This document shows positions 14,991-20,000 of a stretch of DNA of 20,000 nt, in pieces (position 1 is the first letter of the stretch; every line of letters starts with the position of its first letter). A program made the translations under genes and the position numbers. The stretch is from IMG/VR virus record IMGVR_UViG_3300028393_000045. The stretch is one strand, 5' to 3'. This DNA comes from an uncultured virus (IMG/VR IMGVR_UViG_3300028393_000045). Lineage: Duplodnaviria; Heunggongvirae; Uroviricota; Caudoviricetes. Under the pieces are notes generated by a model, which searched no databases, had not been told where the DNA came from, and saw only the letters and a list, made by a program, of their open reading frames with translations.

Positions 14991-17271
14991 TTTCGTCAAC
15001 TGATGGTACCCCTTCGATTAATAGCTGCATGTTATAGGCAATTACAGTAAAAGTCAAATCTTTTTCCTGGCAATCTACATTAATAACAGATCCGTTTTCT
15101 AAATTCCCAAACAATATTTTTTTACTGATGGGCACTTTAATCAGATCGTTAATTACACGATTCAACGGTCTTGCACCCATTTTCTTATCAAATCCTTTTT
15201 CAACTAATAAGTCAACTGCCTTTTCAGTTAATCGTAATTTAATTTGTCTGTCGGATAGTAAGTCATTGATCTCTGACATAAATTTAGCGACAATCTTTTT
15301 CATGCTAAATTGATCTAGTGTTTTAAACTTACATATAGCATCAAGTCTGTTTCGAAACTCTGGTTTAAAAAATTCTTTAACTGCCTTATCGTCTTCACCT
15401 GTGCGCTCTAACGATTGGCCAAATCCAATAGTATTACGTTCGTTATCGGCAGCACCCAAATTACTGGTCATAATTAAAATTGAGTTACGTGCATCGGCTT
15501 TTTTACCATTGCTACCAGTAATAAATCCTTCATCCATAAATTGCAACAAAATATTTGTTACGTCAGGATGAGCTTTTTCAATCTCATCTAATAGAATAAT
15601 TGAGTTTGGATTTTGTTCTAAAGCACTAATTAATAATCCACTGCCAGCTGCCGAATCTTCATATCCAACATATCCCGGAGGTGCACCAATCAACTTAGCC
15701 ATGCTATGTTTTTCTTGGTACTCACTCATATCGTAACGAACCATCTTCATTGACAAATTAGTTGCAAGTAACTTAGCCAATTCGGTTTTTCCAGTACCAG
15801 TTGGTCCTAAGAATAAAAAGCTACCAATTGGTTTGTTAATTGATTTAATTCCTGCTTTGCTTACAAATATTCTCTCTAACACAGAAGTTACAGCATCTTC
15901 TTGACCGTACAGTCCTTGATTTATATTAATTTCTAAATTAACAAGACTATTGGTGTTATCGCTGCCAATTTGATCAACTGGAATTTTAGTAGCGCGACTC
16001 AATGCTTCAACAATCTGCGATTTACCTAATACAAAGTCTGCATCTTGTTTGATTTGTATTTTTTGTTTAGCACACGCAGTATCCATTAAGTCTATTGCTT
16101 TGTCTGGCAGCTTTTTGTCGGGTTGGTATCTAATGCTATAATCAACCGCAGCGTCAATTGATTCATCTGAAATTTTAATGTTATGGAATTTTTCAAAGTT
16201 TAATCTAATACCTTTAAGTATAAGTTTTGAATCACTTGCACTAGGCTCGTCTACAGTTAATCGTTGAAATCTACGCATTAATGCGCGATCTTTTTCAAAA
16301 CTTTGTACGTATTCATCCCATGTAGTAGATGCAATAACTTTAATCTTGCCTTTAGTTAATGCAGGTTTAATCATGTTACTAAAGTCAACTGAGCTAGACG
16401 ACCCGCCGCCAGCACCGCGCATCTGATGTGCCTCATCAATAAATAGTATAGTTTTTTCTTTAGTTATTAATGCTTTGATAACGTTCTGAAATTTTTCTTC
16501 AAACTCACCTCTATACTTACTTCCAGCCAATAAGCTACCTATATCTAAGTTATACACAGTATATGACTTTAGATATTCTGGTACATTACCGTCTACTATA
16601 TTTTTAGCAAGTCCTTCTGCAAGCATTGTTTTACCAACGCCCGGATCACCAACTAATAAGATATTGGCTTTATTACGTTTAGCCAATATATGGGACATTT
16701 CTGTTAGTTCAAACTCTCGTCCAATAATAGGATCAAGCTCGCCTTTCTTAGCCAGGTTATTCAGATTTGTACAAAACTCATCTAACATTTCTTCGGCACG
16801 TTCTGCATTTATAGTTGGAGAATTTAAATCTAATTCGGTATTAAATTTTTTGTATAGTTCCATTAGGGTAGCACGATCAATTCCGTACTTTAGCATAAAA
16901 TAGAATGCATAGCTATTGGATTCCATTGAAATGCTTAATACTAAGTCAATGATTTTAATACGGTTAGATCCGTGAAACAACACTTGTGTTAGTGCTCTAT
17001 TAAACACACGTTCTAACGTTTGTGTTTTTCTTGGAGTATTTGATTCTTCAACTACCAAATGTGTTTGTGAATTTAAATAATGACTCAGTTCACCCACTAG
17101 GCCATTTACATCAAAATTTAATTTTATCAATATCTTTTTAAAAGGACTGTATTGAAAAATAGCCAATGCTAGGTGTTCTAAAGTTACATATTCATGTTTA
17201 AGTGACTTAGCGGCCTCGCTGGCTTTAAGTATAATTTCTTCAATCTCTGCATTTGGTCTCATTGACGACAT
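14968..17271 (-). CDS. clpA: ATP-dependent Clp protease ATP-binding subunit, ClpA-like (Hsp100, two AAA+ domains)
   Basis: N-domain HEYVTLEHL; NBD1 GDPGVGKT and LFIDEAH; YRGEFEE pore loop; LPDKAIDL; NBD2 GPTGTGKT and LLDEIEKAH; GAPPGYVG; ClpP-docking IGF loop (NTIGFG); GARPL. No ClpB middle domain; 767 aa. Confidence 0.92.
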   Translation of the reverse strand: MSSMRPNAEIEEIILKASEAAKSLKHEYVTLEHLALAIFQYSPFKKILIKLNFDVNGLVGELSHYLNSQTHLVVEESNTPRKTQTLERVFNRALTQVLFHGSNRIKIIDLVLSISMESNSYAFYFMLKYGIDRATLMELYKKFNTELDLNSPTINAERAEEMLDEFCTNLNNLAKKGELDPIIGREFELTEMSHILAKRNKANILLVGDPGVGKTMLAEGLAKNIVDGNVPEYLKSYTVYNLDIGSLLAGSKYRGEFEEKFQNVIKALITKEKTILFIDEAHQMRGAGGGSSSSVDFSNMIKPALTKGKIKVIASTTWDEYVQSFEKDRALMRRFQRLTVDEPSASDSKLILKGIRLNFEKFHNIKISDESIDAAVDYSIRYQPDKKLPDKAIDLMDTACAKQKIQIKQDADFVLGKSQIVEALSRATKIPVDQIGSDNTNSLVNLEININQGLYGQEDAVTSVLERIFVSKAGIKSINKPIGSFLFLGPTGTGKTELAKLLATNLSMKMVRYDMSEYQEKHSMAKLIGAPPGYVGYEDSAAGSGLLISALEQNPNSIILLDEIEKAHPDVTNILLQFMDEGFITGSNGKKADARNSILIMTSNLGAADNERNTIGFGQSLERTGEDDKAVKEFFKPEFRNRLDAICKFKTLDQFSMKKIVAKFMSEINDLLSDRQIKLRLTEKAVDLLVEKGFDKKMGARPLNRVINDLIKVPISKKILFGNLENGSVINVDCQEKDLTFTVIAYNMQLLIEGVPSVDENGFIRVG

Positions 17272-17281
17272 TACAGTTCCT

Positions 17282-18115
17282 TTATGTTAATAAATTTTCT
17301 AATGCTTTATGCTGATCCGATGTAATAGTCGACGGAACAGTTAGTGAAATTTCAACATGCAGATCGCCACGTATAGGTTGATTTACATCCCATAACCCTT
17401 GAGATGGAATTCTAAATTTAGAATTATTTTGTGTACCCGGCGGAATTCTAATTTCAAATTGTGTATGATCTAACCCTGACACCATTGCCTTTGTTCCTAC
17501 TACAGCATCGATACAATTAACACTTATTGTTTTTATTAGATTCAACCCGGCTATTACAAATTCAGGGTGCGGTCTTAATCGTAAATCAACTAATAAGTCC
17601 CCTGGAGGCAAGTTGGCATGAGACGTATCACCTTTTCCTTGATATCTAATTTGCATACCAGTCTGGACTCCTCTAGGGATTTCAATCTCTACAGTTTTAT
17701 TTGATCCATTGGAATTTCGTACATTAATATGATGTGATTGAGTCTCTAATGTTGATTCTAATTCCAATTCAATTCCTACCCTTAGGTCTGCATTTTTAGC
17801 AGGCTGTCCGTGCTGCCTAAAATTAAATCCTCCTGCAAATTGTCGGAATAGATCATCAATTCCACCACCGCCGCCAAAACTAAAATGATGGAAATTGCCA
17901 CCACCTCCGCCTTGCCCGAACATTTTTTGTTGTTCCCATTGGGCACGTTTTTGTGGATCTGTTAGTGTTGAGTATGCTTCCTGAATCTCTTGGAATTTAT
18001 TTTGATCACCGCCCCTGTCTGGGTGATGTTGCATAGCCAATTTTTTATACGCTTTCTTAATCTCGTAATCGCTCGCGTTAGCGTTGACACCTAAAATATT
18101 AAAATAATCAGTCAT
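17282..18115 (-). CDS. DnaJ-class co-chaperone, CbpA-like (J domain, G/F region, C-terminal domains, no zinc finger)
   Basis: DYFNILGV...IKKAYKKLAMQHHPDRGG (HPD motif), G/F-rich linker, PGDLLV, IPPGTQ, GDL. The likely start is ATG 18115 rather than TTG 18130. Confidence 0.92.
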   Translation of the reverse strand: MTDYFNILGVNANASDYEIKKAYKKLAMQHHPDRGGDQNKFQEIQEAYSTLTDPQKRAQWEQQKMFGQGGGGGNFHHFSFGGGGGIDDLFRQFAGGFNFRQHGQPAKNADLRVGIELELESTLETQSHHINVRNSNGSNKTVEIEIPRGVQTGMQIRYQGKGDTSHANLPPGDLLVDLRLRPHPEFVIAGLNLIKTISVNCIDAVVGTKAMVSGLDHTQFEIRIPPGTQNNSKFRIPSQGLWDVNQPIRGDLHVEISLTVPSTITSDQHKALENLLT

Positions 18116-18132
18116 AGTTATATAGTACAAAC

Positions 18133-18167
18133 AAAAAAAGGTACAGCAGTTATAATACTATACCTTT
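18133..18167 (-). terminator. Probable intrinsic terminator for the holin-like operon, overlapping the dnaJ promoter
   Basis: Minus strand AAAGGTATAGTA-TTATAAC-TGCTGTACCTTT followed by a T run (12-bp stem including G-U pairs). Confidence 0.55.
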
Positions 18168-18180
18168 GAGGAAATGTCAA
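18152..18180 (-). promoter_or_regulatory. Sigma70-like promoter for the dnaJ-clpA operon
   Basis: Perfect TTGACA (18180-18175), 17-nt spacer, TATTAT (18157-18152). Confidence 0.7.
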
Positions 18181-18188
18181 TATATTTA

Positions 18189-18437
18189 TTATTTCTTTTT
18201 CTTGTCCTCGGGAATTTCCGTTCCTTCTAACTTTTTATGCACTTTGATCTTTTTGCAATCTTGTGCTTGTTTTCCGGTTTTTTTGTCCATAACTGGTTTC
18301 CCAGCTTTGTCCACTTTATCGTGGCAAACTTCTTTCATTTCGCCACCGGCATGAGCAGTGCTAGACATTATAACTGTACTAGCCATAAAGCATACAGTAT
18401 ATATACCTATGAGTTGTGCTATTAATAATTTTTTCAT
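18189..18437 (-). CDS. Small secreted protein (Sec signal peptide, two Cys, Lys-rich)
   Basis: The likely start is ATG 18437 after an AAAGGA RBS, giving 82 aa. MKKLL plus a hydrophobic stretch and an AHA|GG cleavage site; the mature part has one Cys pair. Confidence 0.75.
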   Translation of the reverse strand: MKKLLIAQLIGIYTVCFMASTVIMSSTAHAGGEMKEVCHDKVDKAGKPVMDKKTGKQAQDCKKIKVHKKLEGTEIPEDKKKK

Positions 18438-18456
18438 GTTGTTTTCCTTTAATTTT

Positions 18457-19047
18457 TTATAACATTGGTTGCTGTGGTTGCATTGGTGCTGGTTTGCCAC
18501 CAAACCCTGTTATAACTGTTGCTGTGCCACCAAACCCACCTGCTGCTGGTGTACCAAACCCACCTGCTGCTGGTGTACCAAACCCACCTGCTGCTGGTGT
18601 ACCAAACCCACCTGCTGCTGGTGTACCAAACCCACCCGGTGCAGCAGCGCCAAATCCGCCTCCACCCATAGCAGGTTGATTACTTAGATTGACTTGTCCT
18701 TGTCCCGGTGGAACATATGTTGTTCCTGCGTTGGGTGGCATTTGCATGCCGCCATTGTTAGCACCACCCAATTTTTCTTGTGTGCGTCCATATGCAGCAA
18801 TACCAAGTACGGCGCCCATGGCAATGTGGAACAATCCTGCACCTTGTAATGTCAATGGTTGCCATTGTGAATTAATTGTTCCGTGAACTGTTGCTTGCAG
18901 CAGGCTCCATAGTACGGGAAACAGCATAAAATCACATGTACAAACACCCATGTACATCCAACCCATCATTGGACGCCATTTGCTGTTCATCCAATCTTCT
19001 TTTTTCTTTTCGCTTGCGCTGATTTTTTCTGCTGTTTCGTCTGCCAT
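18457..19047 (-). CDS. Holin-like membrane protein (3TM / GTA-release holin family) with a Gly-rich repeat tail
   Basis: WRPMMGWMY motif, hydrophobic helices and GAVLGIAAYGRTQEK, matching this family's WRP..GW...LG...R..EK pattern. RBS AGGAG. Confidence 0.7.
   Translation of the reverse strand: MADETAEKISASEKKKEDWMNSKWRPMMGWMYMGVCTCDFMLFPVLWSLLQATVHGTINSQWQPLTLQGAGLFHIAMGAVLGIAAYGRTQEKLGGANNGGMQMPPNAGTTYVPPGQGQVNLSNQPAMGGGGFGAAAPGGFGTPAAGGFGTPAAGGFGTPAAGGFGTPAAGGFGGTATVITGFGGKPAPMQPQQPML
18529..18636. repeat. Perfect 24-bp coding tandem repeat, 4.5 copies (GGFGTPAA)
   Basis: ACCAAACCCACCTGCTGCTGGTGT starts at 18529, 18553, 18577 and 18601, with a half copy at 18625. Confidence 0.95.
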
Positions 19048-19064
19048 AATTGAAATCTCCTAGT

Positions 19065-19084
19065 GTAAATATTTACCATAAATA
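19065..19084. promoter_or_regulatory. Back-to-back late-type promoter motifs for the divergent holin-like and oxygenase genes
   Basis: Palindrome GTAAATATTTAC (19065-19076) gives GTAAATA on the minus strand; CATAAATA on the plus strand (19077-19084) sits 8 nt before ATG 19093. Confidence 0.55.
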
Positions 19085-19092
19085 CTAATAAT

Positions 19093-19713
19093 ATGATGAC
19101 TCGAACAATTTTAAATCAAAATCCATTCATTGCTACACTTGATAATGCAATTCCTACAGAAATAATAAGACAAATGGTGTCAGAAAACGATTATGTTAAT
19201 AGTTTGGGATACGTTCATGATAGCAAATCAAGTAGCGCAGTTGATCATCGTACAAGTATGTCATGTTTTGATCCTAATAACAAATATGATAATGTAAGAA
19301 GAATAGTACTTAGCTGTTTAGAAAAAGAATTTAATTGTATACATTCAATTGATGCATGCGAAACTTGGCAGTTTACGCAATACTCTTCTAATCAATACTA
19401 TAAACCACACTGGGATTTTTTTAATGTAAACGATCCCCGTTATACCAACTCGGTGCATAACGATCGTGTTAGTACGGTTATTATATATTTGAATGATTCA
19501 TACTCTGGCGGCACTACAAATTTTACTAAATTAAACTTATCTGTAACACCAAAAGCCGGTAGAATTCTTTATTTTAACTATCCAACTGTGCATGGTGATA
19601 GTTATGTAAGAGATTTAACATTACACGAAGGCGCAACTGTTCATACTGGAATTAAACGTATAGCCACCATGTGGATTAGGGAAAGTGCAATTATTCCGGG
19701 TGCCATTTTATAA
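19093..19713 (+). CDS. 2OG-Fe(II) oxygenase, prolyl 4-hydroxylase-like
   Basis: RTS, YKPHWDFF (HxD), RVSTVIIYLND, GGTTNF, LHEG (distal His) and KRIATMW. Confidence 0.9.
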   Translation: MMTRTILNQNPFIATLDNAIPTEIIRQMVSENDYVNSLGYVHDSKSSSAVDHRTSMSCFDPNNKYDNVRRIVLSCLEKEFNCIHSIDACETWQFTQYSSNQYYKPHWDFFNVNDPRYTNSVHNDRVSTVIIYLNDSYSGGTTNFTKLNLSVTPKAGRILYFNYPTVHGDSYVRDLTLHEGATVHTGIKRIATMWIRESAIIPGAIL

Positions 19714-19721
19714 CCATTGGT

Positions 19722-19729
19722 TATAAATA
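19722..19729 (+). promoter_or_regulatory. T4 late promoter consensus TATAAATA
   Basis: Exact octamer 4 nt upstream of ATG 19734. Confidence 0.5.
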
Positions 19730-19733
19730 CAGG

Positions 19734-19853
19734 ATGCATTTCAACATAATCATCACATTTAACGATCTACTATTTTTACTAGGGTGTGTGCCATTGGTTA
19801 TGATATTTTGGGTCATGTTTAAAGATTGGTCCAACGACAGAAATAGGTATTAA
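19734..19853 (+). CDS. Small single-pass membrane protein (39 aa)
   Basis: Not in the ORF track. MHFNIIITFNDLLFLLGCVPLVMIFWVMFKDWSNDRNRY; it fills the gap exactly and its stop overlaps the convergent gene's stop (TTAA). Confidence 0.55.
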   Translation: MHFNIIITFNDLLFLLGCVPLVMIFWVMFKDWSNDRNRY

Positions 19854-19999
19854 CCACCGTTTTTGCTCGCGGATTCAAGTTGTTTCTTTTGTTCCTGTTC
19901 TCTAGCCCATTGTTGTTCTCTACGAATTTTTAAGGCTTTTGCCTGTGCAGCCTCGAACTCTTTTTGTTGTTCAGCCATGCTGTAAAATTGAACGCCGAG
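19850..19999 (-). CDS. 3' end of a coiled-coil hypothetical protein entering from outside the window
   Basis: Open frame ...LGVQFYSMAEQQKEFEAAQAKALKIRREQQWAREQEQKKQLESASKNGG* with TAA at 19852-19850. Confidence 0.65.
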   Translation of the reverse strand, partial: LGVQFYSMAEQQKEFEAAQAKALKIRREQQWAREQEQKKQLESASKNGG

Positions 20000-20000
20000 C

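Noticed and set aside
18529..18636. 24-bp repeats as a CRISPR array
   Set aside because: Head-to-tail with no spacers, in frame within a CDS, and no cas genes.
49..18886. The many short plus-strand and alternative-frame ORFs in the track (e.g. 49-363, 820-1080, 3992-4234, 7613-7903, 10781-11137, 18416-18679)
   Set aside because: They lie antisense or out of frame within well-supported genes and lack RBSs or motifs, so they are shadow ORFs.
1..20000. Stop-codon reassignment as seen in some large phages
   Set aside because: Genes are full length under the standard code, and TAA, TGA and TAG (14274) all serve as stops.

Overview
This window is part of a large, AT-rich, T4-related (myovirus-like) dsDNA phage genome. 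Genes are dense, nearly all on the minus strand, use the standard code, and often overlap (ATGA/TAATG). Left block (1-6240): a replication and DNA-modification module with a DsbA/GapR-like DNA-binding protein, a small membrane protein, a family B DNA polymerase, a probable sliding clamp, a TGT/DpdA-like transglycosylase and a truncated conserved ORF, driven by sigma70-like promoters. A GC-rich, structured, non-coding element lies at about 6310-6412. Middle block (6416-13312): genes behind CATAAATA late-type promoters whose products look like capsid-targeted internal head proteins. They have T4 CTS-like N-termini and are built from modules separated by [VIL]-x-E sites. Several module junctions carry the same DNA word, (GG)TGTGGCGGAAG(GC), encoding (G)VAE(G), and one is followed directly by a complete internal Tat signal peptide. 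Right block: glycosyltransferase, ClpA, DnaJ/CbpA-like co-chaperone, small secreted protein, 3TM holin-like protein and 2OG-Fe(II) oxygenase. The best candidates for a new system are (1) repeat-delimited, protease-released cargo cassettes in virion polyproteins and (2) a TGT-like enzyme sharing the polymerase's C-terminal clamp-binding-like motif. All family calls come from motif recognition by eye; no database searches were run.
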